This document shows, one piece after another, positions 42,000 to 55,674 of a stretch of 64,000 nucleotides of DNA. Below the pieces are notes generated by a model. The model did not search any database. It saw only the letters and a program-made list of their open reading frames with translations, and was not told where the DNA came from. The position numbers and the translations under genes were made by a program. Origin of the DNA: Paraspadella gotoi (lineage: Eukaryota; Animalia; Chaetognatha); NCBI GenBank assembly GCA_051294375.1, contig CM119268.1, positions 2,787,292 to 2,851,291 on the forward strand, in the 5' to 3' direction. The number at the start of each line of letters is the position of its first letter. Position 1 is the first letter of the stretch.

Positions 42000-44900
42000 T
42001 TAGACTCGTTTCGACTGAATCGTAACGATCCGATGGTCCTTTCCGGTACGGAGGTGTCAGCATGCGGGCGCACACCTAAAGTCGTAACAAAAACATATTG
42101 TGCTGTATTCGAGATTGGCTGGAGATGCACTGTGGTTGATGATGTGCTGAAGTTGCTTGTAAGGTTGGAGACGAGGCGACTTCCACTACGTAACTGAGTG
42201 AAGTTGTTTCTGGCGTTGGCAGCTGGACGATTTTGGTCGTCGATTTGGGTTGTCGCCGGATGTATAATTAGCCCAGTGGCGACACGTTTATTCCTTCTCC
42301 CAAAGACCATGTCGGCGGCTGGAGAGCGGCCAGATGTCCTCATTTCACTGTCGTTCGATAGCAAGTGAGTGTCAGAGGATGAGCCAAAAACCAGTTTTCT
42401 TACTTTCTTCCCTCGCCAAACTGCGATTAGAGGATTCCTTAAGTCGCCTGTGAAATCTTTCTACAGGCCATTGGCCCTGGGGGTGTGGTAAGGGCGTAGT
42501 CATTTGGTGCTTAAATGCCCATTGTCGGGTGAGTTGCGCCATATGTGGCCGAATTGAACTGTGTCCACCCGGTCGGTTTGTTGATGACGCTGTGGAGTTC
42601 CGAAAATGCTTATCCGAGTCTATGACTGAGTGGCATCAGATAGATCGTTGTGTGTTGTACTATATCTTTTTACGGAATCGCTGCAGGCCATGCTGGAAAA
42701 CCTGTCGACAGATCGTGGAGGAGGTGTTTCATACTGCGTTTTAGGTTTTGGCATCTTGACGTAGATCGCAAGTTTTTACATCGCTGAAACCTCGCTTGGG
42801 GAATTTAAATTCGGCCAATTTCGGGAAAGCGACTGTGTCGAGTGGACTTTGTCTTGGACAGGCAGGTACGATATCTCGTGGCCCTACTGCTTGTTACCGT
42901 CTTGCCTCATGTTGTGTCTCAGCTCAACGAATTTGAGGCCACCGGCCTTTTCGAGTTGCCTCGACGACCATGGGTGTGCCTAGGCGCGTGTATGACGTCG
43001 AAAATTCTTTTTCGGCATGCTGGCAAGGTACGAATGGGCGGGCTGGGAGCGTTTGACACGTCTACCAGTAGTTGCTCTTATGCGCCGACTTAATTACCGG
43101 AATAGTTAAGCCTGATCGCGCCTCCTCTGGAGATTTTTTTGGAAGTCCGGGATGCAAGTGCTGCTCGCTTGCTCGAGCCGATCTGCTCGAAAACTTCAAA
43201 TCTCAACACACGTTGTTAGTGAAGCAATGACCGCTTGAGCATCCTCGAGACGATCTGCTTGACGGTTGCGCCGCTTTTTCCGTGCAAGTCCTTCATTGGC
43301 TGGCGGGTGTGGTCGAGTTGCTGAAGTTAGATTGCTGCGCAGCGTTTGGCTGTTGTGGAGTTGCTGTTTGTTTGCGGCGCGTGAATAGGCTTGAGGTAGG
43401 TTCTTAGGGATTCGGCTTTGCCGCATCCGTCTTTCTGCCAAAGTGGCTCTCGAGTGACTTGGGCGAGCTGGCTGGGTCGCATTGATTGTCGTCGTTATTT
43501 GGTTTGATTGAGGCGTCAAGCGTCTGCTGGCGGAGTTCTGCGCGGCTGGCTGGTGCTATGTTGGGTGCGAGACGAAGGCGTGCCGCTTACGACGTTCAGG
43601 CTTTTGCCTTTGAGATATCTATATCTGTTGAAAAACTCGGCAATAACTGTATAGCTGGTAGGCTTGGCGGGCCGTTTGGGTGGTTGGCTTTTTTCTTCAA
43701 GGCCGGGATGAGCTTTTTGATGTCCGTGTAGATTGGTAAACTACGCCCTGTAGCTATGCCAGTGACGGAAGTGTCATTCACTGCAGGCGGAAAACGCACA
43801 AACAGTTCGGCGGTCGAATGGTGGCCAAAGTTTTGTGTGGTTTAGCCAGATTTAGCGCGAAAAAAAAGGCCCAATGGCTTCCCACCCTTCGGTCCGCGCT
43901 GCTCCAAGCACTGCGCCGACCCGATGGTCCTGATGCATCAGTCGTGATGCATAGCTATGGGATGCCAGTTCTTGGGTGATGGAGGAGAGCTGCATCTGTA
44001 CAAGCCCTGCTTGACGATCGAAAGTCCTTTTCCCATTCGTTGGGTCCAGTTCAAAGCCTTTGGTTTTCCGCCTTAACTAGCTTCGTAGAGCGGAGACAGT
44101 GTATGAGCGACTTTGGGCAACGAATCTACGGAGTAATCAGTGTCTATCATTCCAGGCAAGCCTTTGGAGTTCTTGATGTCCGTGGTCTCGTGTGTTTCAC
44201 GCAGGTCTGGACTCGGGCTCAGGGCAATGGACGCACTCCGTCTTTGTCGACGAGAGATTCCAATCTCTAAAACGGTCTCTAAGACTCCTGAGCCGAGTAT
44301 AACACTATCTTCTCTGTTATTTACAACTATGGCCGTTTGCGTCTTGAGAGTCTGAAAGCTCGTTCGAAGGGATCCTGTAGATGCTCCTCCTGGGTGATGT
44401 GCTGAGCCACCAAAAATATCGTCGAGATATACAAGTGTGGGGGTATATCCCGAGAATGCTCGTCCAATGAGGCGCTGAATAGTTCCTGCCGCCGCCGCTT
44501 TTTAAGCGCGCCGAATGGACAGCCGGGGAAAAACGTAGAGAACCGAAGGGTGTAATCACAGCGTCTTTAGCACTCCTCCGGATTGACTCGGTATTGGGGT
44601 GGTAACCTTTTAATAAGGTCATTTCGAAAATTATTGTTCCCCTCTAAGCTGGCGTTGAAGTTCGTCAGTAGTTTCAGCGGGTAGGCAAGTCGTCTATAGT
44701 TTGAGGTTTGAGCCGGCAGGTATCACCGCATGCAGCGCCAGCCGCCGTCAGGTCTTGCTACAGACGTGGCAGCGGCGATCATGCTACCGCCTTATCGGAT
44801 TTTCCCCGTTTTGCGATGCCGAGTGACACGCGATCTTTCAAACTCTAGCTTGGCGCACCGCGCCAACTTCTGCCGGATCGAGTCGACGAGCTCGAGACTG

Positions 44901-45400
44901 ACATGGTCGACCCTCCGTGGGAATGGAGTGGGTGAACGCCGTGGCTTCGCTCCTTGAAGTTCGAAGAGGTTGGCGTCGAGAGTGAGGGAAAGGACTCCAG
45001 CAGGCTTATAATATTTCTCGCCTTTACGGTCGATGAAATTTATGTGAGTCGTGGCTTCCTGTGGAAGTTGAATGGCTAGCGCTAATGGTCGAGAAATCTT
45101 GGAGAGATCCATGAAGCAAACCGTCGATGATTTGGAGCTAGTAGTTCTCTGCAAGGAAAATCGCGCCGAGTATATTGCTGGGTGACGTCCGGCCACGCAA
45201 GACTCGTATTCAAATCGGCGTTTTCCAAGAAGTGACGGGTTTATTTGATCGTACATAGCAAACTGATCGGCGAGCCGTTTTTGCACAGCCTGGGAGCTTC
45301 ATTTCAGGATTGGGGCCAGTTGACGCTGCTCTCAGAGTAGGGGGAATTATAGACAAGAAGGCGCCAGGTCCACGGTGACAGCCACTTGATCTGCCTCCTC
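42000..45400 (-). pseudogene. pol: pol (protease, RT, RNase H, integrase), many frameshifts, probably partly sequencing error
   Basis: Protease VD(T)GA-like ~45360 and ADVTQ.ILGADF-like ~45150-45200; RT PDGGWR ~44740, LLKGYH..AVITPFG ~44540-44620, YLDD at 44418-44429; RNase H TDAS at 43931-43942 and IYTD ~43725; integrase DRFS.WP.AIP ~42672-42712. Confidence 0.9.
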
Positions 45401-45499
45401 CGGAGTCGCGAATGTGTAAGAGATCACACTTGATGCTGGTGAGCGCGTTGTTCCTTGGGGGACGGCGTTCACTCGCCGGCGCGGCCCCCTTTTTCGTTT

Positions 45500-46600
45500 C
45501 CGCCTTTTCGGCGTCAACGGTGCGTCGCTTGGGTCTCTGTCAAATTTGGCCAGCCTGGCTCGCATGGATCGCAGGCATGCGTCTCCGAACCTGACATGCT
45601 GCTAAAAGGGTAGCAGCTTGCTTCTTCTCCTTTTCCTTTCGCCGGTGGGTCGGGTTGACGCTGTCGTTTTTTCCCGTTTTGCGTTTTTTCTTTTGAAGGA
45701 ACCGAGCAGCGTTAACTGGCGCTACTCAGTCGTACGGTGCCCGATATCTGATCGTTGACGCTCTCTGAAGACGATGATCCGCTCGGACACGTTACTGTCA
45801 AATCAGATCGAGAGTCAGGCGGCGTTTGGCATTTTGAGGTTCCCTCGCGTTCATCGAATGCACTATCGCGAGTGTACAAGGGGTCGTGCACGCAGAGAGT
45901 TCTGCGGGCCTTGGTCTCAAGTGTCGCCGAACTTTCGATTGGCAATTTCTCAGAAGGACTTTTTCCCTTCCGAACGTCGTCGATGAGAGGGGTCTTCGGT
46001 TTTTCCTCTAGGTTGCGCCAATATTTTGACGGTTTTTGACGCCCGTCGACGTCGAGATTGTCGAGATTATGGAGGCGTTTGGGCTCGAGATAAGGCCGTA
46101 TACTCTTTTGCTCAGATATTGAGAAACTGATTCCATGTCTGTTTCGGTCCGCTTTCCCCAAAATAAGAACGGTTGATGGTGATCTACTTTTACGCCGAGT
46201 TTCGATTCTGAGATGAGCGAATTTTGGTTTATAGGAGCGGTGATGCCGGGCCGAGCGCGTTGATAGGCCGCCTGCGACTCTCCGGATCCAAATCTCGAGT
46301 GTTGTTCGTGTTCGAAATCCGGTAGGTCGCCGGCTTCCGTATTCGACGGCCCGTTTCTAAGGCAACAGTCGTCTGCGTCCTGCAGTCGCGGAAGTTCGCT
46401 GCATTCTCGTGGCTCCTCGTAGTTCCCTCTCGCTGGCCGCCGCCGGTGCGCCACATGTCGGCGTCCTCGAAGCTGCGCGGTGGTTTGATCGGCGCGAAGA
46501 TTGAAGATTATTGTTCTATGAGCGGCGTCGACCGTAGGCTGGTGTAGGTGCCATCGAACGTCGTCCCAGTGGCGGGCCGAAACCGTAGGGGGACTTGGAG
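45500..46600 (-). pseudogene. gag: gag-like region, frameshifted
   Basis: Lies between PBS and protease; HVRFGDA..C..C (~45555-45600) resembles the CHCC motif of CsRn1-clade Gag; start not resolved. Confidence 0.55.
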
Positions 46601-46892
46601 AGTGCTGGGTCCTCTGTGATGTGTCGTTGGGCGTCGCGTTTGGGGCCGCAGCGGAGGGATACGGTTGACCGAGGACCCAGCTCAGTGGGCTTCCCTATCG
46701 AACGTGTGGTCGGTCATATGGGATAGTGGGGAGGTTGGGGGCAATTGAAAAGGTGTGAGTGGAAACGGGTGAGGCTCACCTTAGATTTCATTTCTCGACC
46801 CGAGCTTCACCTACGGAGTGGGTTTCCTTTCTCTTCTTTGACGCGCCCTTTTCGATAGAGTTTTGAAGGTCTGCTAAATGTCTGCGTCTCGT

Positions 46893-46907
46893 CCGCTTTG
46901 CTTACCA
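46893..46907 (-). promoter_or_regulatory. Primer-binding site, tRNA(iMet)-like
   Basis: TGGTAAGCAAAGCG on the minus strand just inside the 5' LTR; resembles TGGTAGCAGAG. Confidence 0.5.
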
Positions 46908-46910
46908 CAG

Positions 46911-47412
46911 TGGTGGCAAGGGTCTCGGTGATGACACGGGCGTGTCAGAGATGCTGTGATCGAGCACTGCTACGTATATAGTCTATAGATGTGTCTGCAT
47001 TATGCAGATTCATCAGAGAATGTAGTTCAGTGTTGCAAGGAAGTATAGTCGTTGTGGTGTAAGAAATTGATTTGTATTATTTTACTGGATTGAAGGAACT
47101 GCTGATCGAAATCATTGTTTAAGCAATGTTTTTGTCTCCTCTCTGCTTCGATGTAATTACTTTACACGATTTAAGAAGTGATGAATAAAAACGTTGGTGA
47201 AGTACGTTATATTTGAGACAAGTTTAGTATTTCATAGCCAGCGACAAAAGTCAGTCCTGACAGCTTCAGGGAAACAATCTTAGTACTAAAGTAGACAATC
47301 ATAAAGCGATAAAGATCCAATCATGGTGAGAGCCTCTTCAGGGGTGAACCATTTGAAATCACTTTGGAAACAAAGTCTTGAAATATCAGCTTGCTTGAGG
47401 GGTGGCTTTACA
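46911..47412 (-). repeat. 5' LTR
   Basis: tggtggcaaggg...gcttgcttgaggggtggctttaca; collinear with 40558-41082. Confidence 0.88.
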
Positions 47413-48021
47413 AAAGGAAAGGAAAAGCGATGAATGAAGCAGAGAAGAGGAAGTACTTATCGAGAAGGTTAGTTAAGGTCAAGTTGTATAATAGTCATGA
47501 TAATTTCCGCGTGCGCGTATCAATTCTTGGAATCGCCACGAGAGTTTATATGTAATGTTTTATTTAAAATTAGAATATTAGAATAAAACTCTTATAAGCT
47601 ATATTTACTGTTTAACATTTTTTTGCGTCTAAGAAAAGTTCAAATTACTTGCTTTCAATAAAACGAATTTTGAACAGAAAAAATCTCTAAAACGTTGATT
47701 ATTTCCAGATTACGCAATGCTAATAAAATTTATGCATATCGAAATATATCCCTTTAATTTGAGATTCTATCATCAGAAAATACGCGATTGCGAATTGACG
47801 TCCGTTGTTCGTTGACCTACAAGTTTTTTCTAGGACCATACTCAAGATCGTTAAGGATTCTACACGGGCAGTATATCTGACGTTGGCTAACTCAGCGGGT
47901 TCATGAGCCTACGATGTAGTTGCTGTTCGTCTTATCTCTTACAAAGAGAAAATCTGAATTTTCGGATGGCTGTGGACTCGATTATTTCCTTATCGGTGTC
48001 GTGGAGCCCTTGCTCTCTCTC

Positions 48022-48055
<34 letters not shown>

Positions 48056-49990
48056 CTCTCTGCTCTTCGCTCCGCCTCCTCGTCTCTCTCTTCTCATCTC
48101 TCTCTCTTCTTCTCTCTCTCTATTTCCTCGCTTAATACACACAAGGGCGTGCCCACCGAGTTATAAACGCCTCCACTAGACGGATAACGGAATAATACTT
48201 TTGTGTGATGAAAACCCGATGAGAGATGAAACTTGAAGAGATGACTTTTTATGATTTTTTTGTAAAAAATAAATTAATGATGTGATATCATGTTCAATAG
48301 ATATAAAAACGAATCAGAAACAGTAACAAACAAAAACAGTCCAGAAAAAATAAGTTTAAGAGTTTATGATGTACAAGGAATAATAATAGTATTAATACTT
48401 CTAAAAAAAAATCAAAAAATATGTTTTTAAAAAATTTGAAAAAAGAAAAAGACTGAAAAGATTTTTTAATAAATAAAAGAATAAAAAAACCGGGCCAAAT
48501 TTTTAAAAACGCCTTATTTTCGCGCTAAATTTAGTTTTACGTTGAAGATAATATAGGAATAAGGGGATTCAATAAGGGATTAATAAGGGATTAATAAGGG
48601 ATTAATATTAAAGTACGATTTAGGTATAAAAAAGGCGCACTTTCCGTGTAAAATAGTGCAAAAAAAATAATAAAAAGACTCAAAAAATACAAAAACAAAT
48701 AAGACCCCCCTTTCCAAAAAATAAAGCAAAAACAAACAATTACAACAAGAGTGTTAAGGATAAGAAAAGACAAAGAGAAGGCGGGAATTGCAGGTGATTA
48801 AGTCTTTTTTACGGATCTCGAATTCGAGGAATCATGAGCGATCGAAGGTACGACTACCGCGGCTGTGAGGAAACATGTAAGAGAGAGGGGCGTGCGGGGG
48901 GGGAAGGTGGAGTAGGGAGTGGTCGGGAGGTGAGGGAGAGGGTTGCAGAGGAGTGGGAAATGGGAGAAGGGCAGAGTGTGGCCTTAGGGAGGTTTAATGT
49001 AAGAGATTTGCGTAGGGGGAAGAGGAGAATCGTTCAAATAATAGATATTTACGATAGAGGTTGTTTATATTTTAGTTTTCTTTTTTTCTTCAGGCGAAAA
49101 CGACCGACGAACAACGAAAGACGACGAATACAACGACTCAGAAGACGACGACGAGACAGTCTTATCTACTTTTGCGACCCGTAGGGTCGCGAAGAATTGT
49201 ACTAAGCGGCAAATTCGACCTTGAATAATATGTTATGGCTGACTGTCAGCTAATGCAATCGCGTTTTTTTTCCCTCGATACGTTTGTTGGTTGCTTATTT
49301 TCCTGCGGGTTATTACTTTTTGCAAGACTGTTTTGCAGTTAATAATTCAATATATGTTGGATGGAGGCCTTGAACCCCCAAAAGCCTATCAATCAGGGAC
49401 AAGAAGAGCTTAGTTTATAAATGAATCGGATAATTTTTTATATTTGGTTGTACCAATTTCATAATTTCAATTCAATTATTCATTATTCGAGTATCTCTCT
49501 CAATCAAAAAAACACGTCTCAGGTTTTGCCTAATATCATTAGATGAGTGCAAACCGCATTTGTTTTGTCCGACGTCTCAATCGCCTTTTTGGCATATTCA
49601 CGCACCTGGAGGATAAAGGAGGAGCAAAGGCTCTTTAAATGAGCATTCGGATGAGGTTGTTTGGTATTTTTGTTTTTTTTTGTTTGAGAGAGAGAGAGAG
49701 AGCGAGAGAAGAGAGGAGGAGAGAGCGAGGGAGAGTAGCGAGAGTAGAGGAGAGGAGAGAGAAAACGTGATGTAATGATGCTGGCTGGAGATGGGTAGAG
49801 TATATGTAAGCTATACTTAATAAAGTTCCAGATGTAAAATATATTCATAGTTAACGCTAACCTGTGTGAACTGGAAAAAATAAAATATTACTTATGAAAA
49901 GTTTAATCTATGTGAGATGAGTCATTTTTATACAAACTGAACTTCTAAATCACGCTTCTTCTTCCCTCACCCATTTTAACCTTTTTTCTT
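47413..49990 (-). repeat. Right arm (reverse complement of F1), error-rich
   Basis: Reverse complement of ~37098-39462. Confidence 0.92.
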
Positions 49991-50070
49991 GCTTCCCTCC
50001 CTCACGATCGTGTTTTCCCTTCTCGCAACTTCTACTGTTTCTATANNNNNNNNNNNNNNNNNNNNNNNNN

Positions 50071-51480
50071 AGAGAGAGAGAGAGAGAGAGAAGAGAGAGA
50101 GAGAAGAAGAGAGAAAGAGAGAGAGAGAGAGAGAAAGAGAAAGACGAAGAAAGAAAGAAGAAGTAGCGGTTCGACAAGGTTTCTTTGTCAATAAGTGATT
50201 GTCCAAAAGTTTGGAAAGAAAAATATTTGATGCAATGATAATTATTTACGCCATGTATAGTTGCACGGTCTTCATTTTTTTCTTGTGCATTCGTACAATT
50301 TAATTAGCGTGCAGCAAAGTAATCAAGCTGCAGCCTGCGGATTCCGCAAGCTGGCATGCTTCGACGGGTTTCCGACTCAGACGAGTTTTTCCGTCCCCAT
50401 TTGTCGCCTCAAGCTTCTTCCGGTCAAACGGTTTCCAACGAGAGCGCGACGTTTATTAGCATCCGACTTGGAAAAAATAAGGAAAGGACGTCTGTATATG
50501 AAATTACAATACGGGTTCTGGAGAAAATAGAAATTTACCGAACCGTGGTGTGAAACTACAAAATCCGGGTCATTGTAGAAAAATAAGAAAAGGGCGACCG
50601 TGGAAGCGGAAGTTATATCCGGACTTTGGGGATATAATTAGATTTTGCTATTTTATGTTACATGGGCTTTTGTTTCGTTGTGGGGTTGAATTAAGTCAAT
50701 TACAGTATTATGTCTATGTATCATTTTTCAATAACTTTAATTGACATCTTGTGTTAACTCTCGTAAAAGAAGGAAATTACGGTTCCACGATAATTCCATC
50801 TACGAGTCGTTCAGTATTAACCATCTCGCGGACAGCACAAGAGCTTCGTTCCTTGCCCTCCATTCCCTTGTAGTGCGTTATCTCACTTGTTGTCGTCGTC
50901 GTCGTCGTAAGTTCTCTTGCAAGCACCTTCAGTTTCTCCGCCAGTAAACGCCTTCTGTTTTTGGCGCCATAAACCTGAGAGCGAGTTTCCTCCCGCTGGT
51001 GTCGTTCAATTCTTGTGGTTGGTGTTGTTTTTGCTGTTGTTGTTGTTGTTGCAGGCTCGTCCTTCATTGTCGTCGTGGTTTTCGTCCGTCCTTTCTCGAT
51101 TACAATTTCCTTGCCACTGCACGTTAGTTTGGGCCGTATAAACTTTACAATTTATTATCTCTAGCACTTTTTTTAAAAAAACTGACAAACTTTGTTAGAA
51201 TGGAAATTGTCTTATGCCAACATTCAGTTTACTATTTACTTTGTTCCAGCCATGTCCTTACGCTTCGTCAGTTGTCCTCGTCACCCAAGTCGTTTTCCAT
51301 TCCATCCCTCGATGCCCCCCCCCCCTCAGCGGATGTCGCGGTTTTTCCTCTGTCGTTCGAATCGTCGATGAACGACGAGATTCGTTTCCCTTTTATGGGC
51401 GACTTTATTGCAGCAGTGGCACGGCGGAGCCCCAATGATTGTGTTGCATTGACTCGCGAATGGCGAACGGGTTGGGAGAC

Positions 51481-51512
<32 letters not shown>

Positions 51513-53275
51513 GAGAGAGAGTAGGAGAAAGAGAGAGAGAAGAGAGAACGAGAGGAGAGGAGAGAGGTACGAAGAGAGAGAGGAGAGATGGCGAGAAACG
51601 ATCTGGATTTGGAGCAGGAGAGCAGAAGTCGAGGAGAATAAGATGGGATACAGAAGAAAAAGAGAAGGAGAGGTTGAGATCGAATGAAGGAAGAACGAAA
51701 TAAAGAGATGACAAAAAAAGAAAGAGAGGCAGATGTAAAAGAAAGAATGAAGGAAAAAAATAACTCAAAAATGAAAAAGAATGAAGAAAAGAAAGAAGTT
51801 CTGACGGTCACCTGTAAAGTAAAAATCGGAACAAATTCATTGTGTGCGTTTTTTTTCTTGTTTGTTGTTGTTTCTGAAGACAAACTTGTGGACCTATTTT
51901 CTGAAGGTATAATTTTCTATTCATCTTAGACTGAATAATTTTAAGTTTACATTTTCGTTATAAAATCTAGTAGTAAGTATTTTTTTCTTGTGTTTTATCT
52001 GATCTAACCGTGTTGTCCAAGTTTCAATTCAATTTTTCATAGAGTAAATTTAAAGTTGGATATCAAGATGGAGATGGCGCTGTTTAATAATAACCAACTG
52101 AGAGGACGTCGACGACGACGAAAATTACGAAGATGACGACGACGACGACGAAAAACGACCGAAGATTGACGACGACGACCTCCTCCATCGCTCACTGAAT
52201 CAACTTTTTCCTGAAGCAAAACAGCCGTCGGGATTAAAAAGTAAGTGATGAGGGACGTAAACATCCAATACTTCCGGGAAAAATTGTTCGAAGCTTTTAA
52301 CGATCGCGTTGTTTGCTGTAGTTTATTTCTCCTTGTGAGATTTGACCGCTAGTTACCTGGGGACTGCAACGTGATACTGTTTGCAGTATCAGTCAAGGAA
52401 AAAAACAAAAAGGCGTTTTAAAGCTTTGTCTCTTTGGATCAGTTTATGTTTTTTTGTCGAAAGGAGCCATTTTTTGACAGAGAAAAGGATAAATGTATTT
52501 CGATTGATTAAAGAAACATAGCCATACATAAAAAAGTAGATTTTTATATGTCGTGAATCTAAAACAACTAATTGCTCCGATAACCTGCCTCCTCTTCCCG
52601 CTTTTCGCTAGTCAGAGGCAACATTCTCATTCGTCCCCCGCAGGAGCAAAGTGCTCCAACTGACCTAAATTTGGACAAATGGAGCAAACACGCTTTCCAC
52701 TAATGGGGTTACATTAAAATGTATGCGAGTAAAGCTCTTTTCATTTAACTCCCATTGAAATCCGTGTATATATTTTAAGGTTTTCCAACCGCGTTATTCT
52801 AATCTTGCTCGACTAGTGTTTTCCCTTCGAATTAAGATTTGAAATTGAATGTAATTCAGAACATTTGACTGAAAAAAAAGTTAAATTGACCTGGATATTA
52901 GTAGATTATTTTTCCGTTGAATTATAATTAAGCAGTTTTCTGCAAACATGTCTTCTATTCTGGAAAGCTGACGACGACGACGCCAAAGGGGTCGTCTCAA
53001 ACCAAGCTCATCCTCTTCATGGGAGCGCCACGTGGAGCATAACCCTATGGATTCGGATTGTGGACGCAAGCCTTCGCCATCGAACGACGATTGCCCGCCA
53101 ATTTCCGGACGTGTCGATTGACTCCCGACGGCGGAGGAGGCTGCGGTTTGATTTCCAACGTCTTAAGAAGAAGAAGGAACATAAATAAATCAACTGAAAG
53201 TAGAGATGTGATCGCGACCGTTCCAATGCAAGTTAAGAGACCGGGAAAGCGCCAAAGAGGTTCCATTACGAGACG
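50071..53275 (-). repeat. Left arm of second large inverted duplication (reverse complement of F2)
   Basis: Reverse complement of 53920-57066 (gtagcggttcgacaagg / ccttgtcgaaccgctac; ccattacgaga / tctcgtaatgg). Confidence 0.95.
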
Positions 53276-53310
53276 AGAGAGACGAGGAGAGGAGAGAGAG
53301 AGAGGAAGGA

Positions 53311-53346
<36 letters not shown>

Positions 53347-53363
53347 AGAGAGAGAGAGCGAGA

Positions 53364-53389
<26 letters not shown>

Positions 53390-53395
<6 letters not shown>

Positions 53396-53560
53396 GAAGC
53401 TTTTTCGGTAAGAACTTGTCCGTGTCCGAACGCCGGGCGCCTCTGACACGCTTCTCTCCGGGCTCCAACACCACGCCGATCTCAGCGCCGCCGACGGCAT
53501 CGCGGCATCGGGCACTCGGGCCTTTCTTTCCTCGACGGCGGAAATCAAGAGGGGGCGGGA
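53390..53560 (+). CDS. Candidate exon inside segment S (also ~39765-39952); strand uncertain
   Basis: Plus frame KRSFFGKNLSVSERRASDTLLSGLQHHADLSAADGIAASGTRAFLSSTAEIKRGRE (one indel corrected) ends at gag|gtaagg in both copies; minus-strand frames are also open. Confidence 0.4.
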
Positions 53561-54033
53561 GGTAAGGAGGGGTGGGGGGCTGTTTAAAACGCGGCGTTGT
53601 CCCCTTTAGCTTTAAACCAACTGGCACGGCCGGCCACTGGCGGATTGAGGGAACGCAGACGGATAATGAGGCGGAAAGGTTGGAACATTTGGGGGGAGGG
53701 GGGAAAGAAAAAGAAAGGGGGGAGAGATGGAGGAGGGGGGAAGGAAGAGGAAGGAAAGGGGAAAGAGGGGGAAGGGTGAAAAGAAGAGAAAACAGAAGAG
53801 GAGGAGAGGAGGAGTAGGGAGGGAGGAGGAGAAGGAAGAAAGGAGGAAGAAGAGGAAAGAAAGAGAAAGGAGGAAGAGAGGAAGGGGCGGGAAGGAAAAG
53901 AGAAGAAGGGAAAAATATGTCTCTCGTAATGGAACCTCTTTGGCGCTTTCCGGTCTTTTAACTTGCATTGGAACCGGTCGCGATCACATCTCTACTTTCA
54001 GTTGATATTATTTATGTTTCCTTCTTCTTCTTA

Positions 54034-54197
54034 GACGTTGGATCAAAACCGCAGCCTCCTCCGCCGCTCGGGAGTCAATCGACACGTCCGGAAATTGGCG
54101 GGGCAATCGTCGTCGACGAAGGCTTGCGTCCACAATCCGAATCCATAGGGGTTATGCTCCACGTGGCGCTCCCATGAAGAGGATGAGCTTGGTTTGA
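54034..54197 (+). CDS. Candidate terminal exon (inverted copy ~52998-53162)
   Basis: Acceptor-like ccttcttcttcttag; two-copy consensus TLDQNRSLLRRRESIDTSGNWRGNRRRRRLASTIRIHRGYAPRGAPMKRMSLV*. Confidence 0.45.
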
Positions 54198-55674
54198 GAC
54201 GACCCCTTTGGCGTCGTCGTCGTCAGCTTCCAGAATAGAAGACATGTTTGCAGAAAAACTGCTTAATTATAATTCAACGGAAAAAATATCTACTAATATC
54301 CAGTCAATTTACTTTTTTTTCAGTCAAATGTTCTGAATTACATTCAATTTTCAAATCTTAATTCCGAAGGAAAACACTAGTCGAGCAAGATTAGAATAAC
54401 GCGGTTGAAAACCTTAAAAATATTATACACGGATTTCAAATGGGAGTTAAATGAAAAGAGCTTTACTGCATACATTTTAATGTAACCCCATTAGTGGAAA
54501 GCGTGTTTGCTCCATTTGTCCAAATTTAGGTCAGTTGGAGCACTTTGCTCCTGCGGGACGAATGAGAATGTTGCCTCTGACTAGCGAAAGCGGGAAGAGG
54601 AGCAGGTTATCGGAGCAATTAGTTTGTTTAGATTCACGACATATAAAATCTACCTTTTTTATGTATGTATGTTTCTTTAATCAATCGAAATACATTTAAT
54701 CCTTTTCTCTGTCAAAAAAATGGCTCCTTTTCGACAAAAAAATTAAACTGATCAAAGAGACAAGCTTTAAAACGCTTTTTTGTTTTTTCTTGACTCGATA
54801 CTGCAAACAGTATCCGTTGCAGTCCCCAGGATAACTAGCGTCAAATCTCAAAGGAGAAATAAACTAAGGCAAACAAGCGAATTCGTTAAAAGCTTCGAAC
54901 AATTTTCCCGGAAGTTTGGATGTTTACGTCCCTCATCACTTACTTTTTACCCGACGCTGTTTGCTCAGAAAAGTTGAGTGAGCGATGGAGGAGTCGTCGT
55001 CGTCATCTTCGTCGTTTTCGTCGTCGTCGTCGTCATCTTCGTAATTTTCGTCGTCGTCGACGTCCTCTCAGTTGTTATTATTAAAACAGCGCCATCTCCA
55101 TCTTGATTCCAACTTTAAATTTACTCTATGAAAATTGATAGAAACTTGACACACGGTAGATCAGATAAAACACAAGAAAAAAATACTTACTACAGATTTA
55201 TAACGAAATGTGAAACTTAAAATTATTAGATTAAGATGAATAGAAAATTATACCTTCAGAAAATAGGTCAAGCTTTGTTTTCAGAAACAACAACAACAAG
55301 AAAAAAAAACGACTACAATGAATTTGTTCCGATTTTTACTTTTACAGGTGACGTCAGAACTTTTTCTTTCTTCAATTCTTTTCATTTTTGAGTTATTTTT
55401 TCCTCATTCTTTCTTTTACATCTGCCTCTCTTTCTTTTTTGTCATCTCCTTTATTTCGTTTCTTCCTTCATCTCGATCTCAACCTCTCCTTCTCTTTCTT
55501 CTTCTGTATCCCACTTTCTCCTCGACTCTCTCTCGCTCTCCAGATCGTTCTCGCCATCTCTCTCTCTCTCGTACCTCTCTCCTCCCTCTCGTTCTCTCTT
55601 TCTCTCTCTCTCTTCTCTCTCTCTCTCTCTCTCCTCTCTCTCTCCTCTCTCCTCATCTCTCTCTCTCTCTCTCC

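Larger units (their letters stand above)
40558..47412 (-). mobile_element. Full-length Ty3/Gypsy LTR retrotransposon (CsRn1/Kabuki-like)
   Basis: TG..CA termini, AAAG TSD (40554-40557, 47413-47416), two ~0.5-kb LTRs, PPT and PBS, gag-PR-RT-RH-INT domain order. Confidence 0.95.

Noticed and set aside
46975-47025. CTGATGA plus tctgca-taa-tgcaga hairpin on the minus strand of the 5' LTR, hammerhead-like
   Set aside because: No GAAA core after the stem, and the motif is not preserved in the 3' LTR
40558-47412. Low LTR-LTR identity and many frameshifts suggesting an ancient element
   Set aside because: Differences are mostly indels of raw-read type, and the intact TSD plus empty allele argue for a young insertion; age cannot be estimated from this sequence
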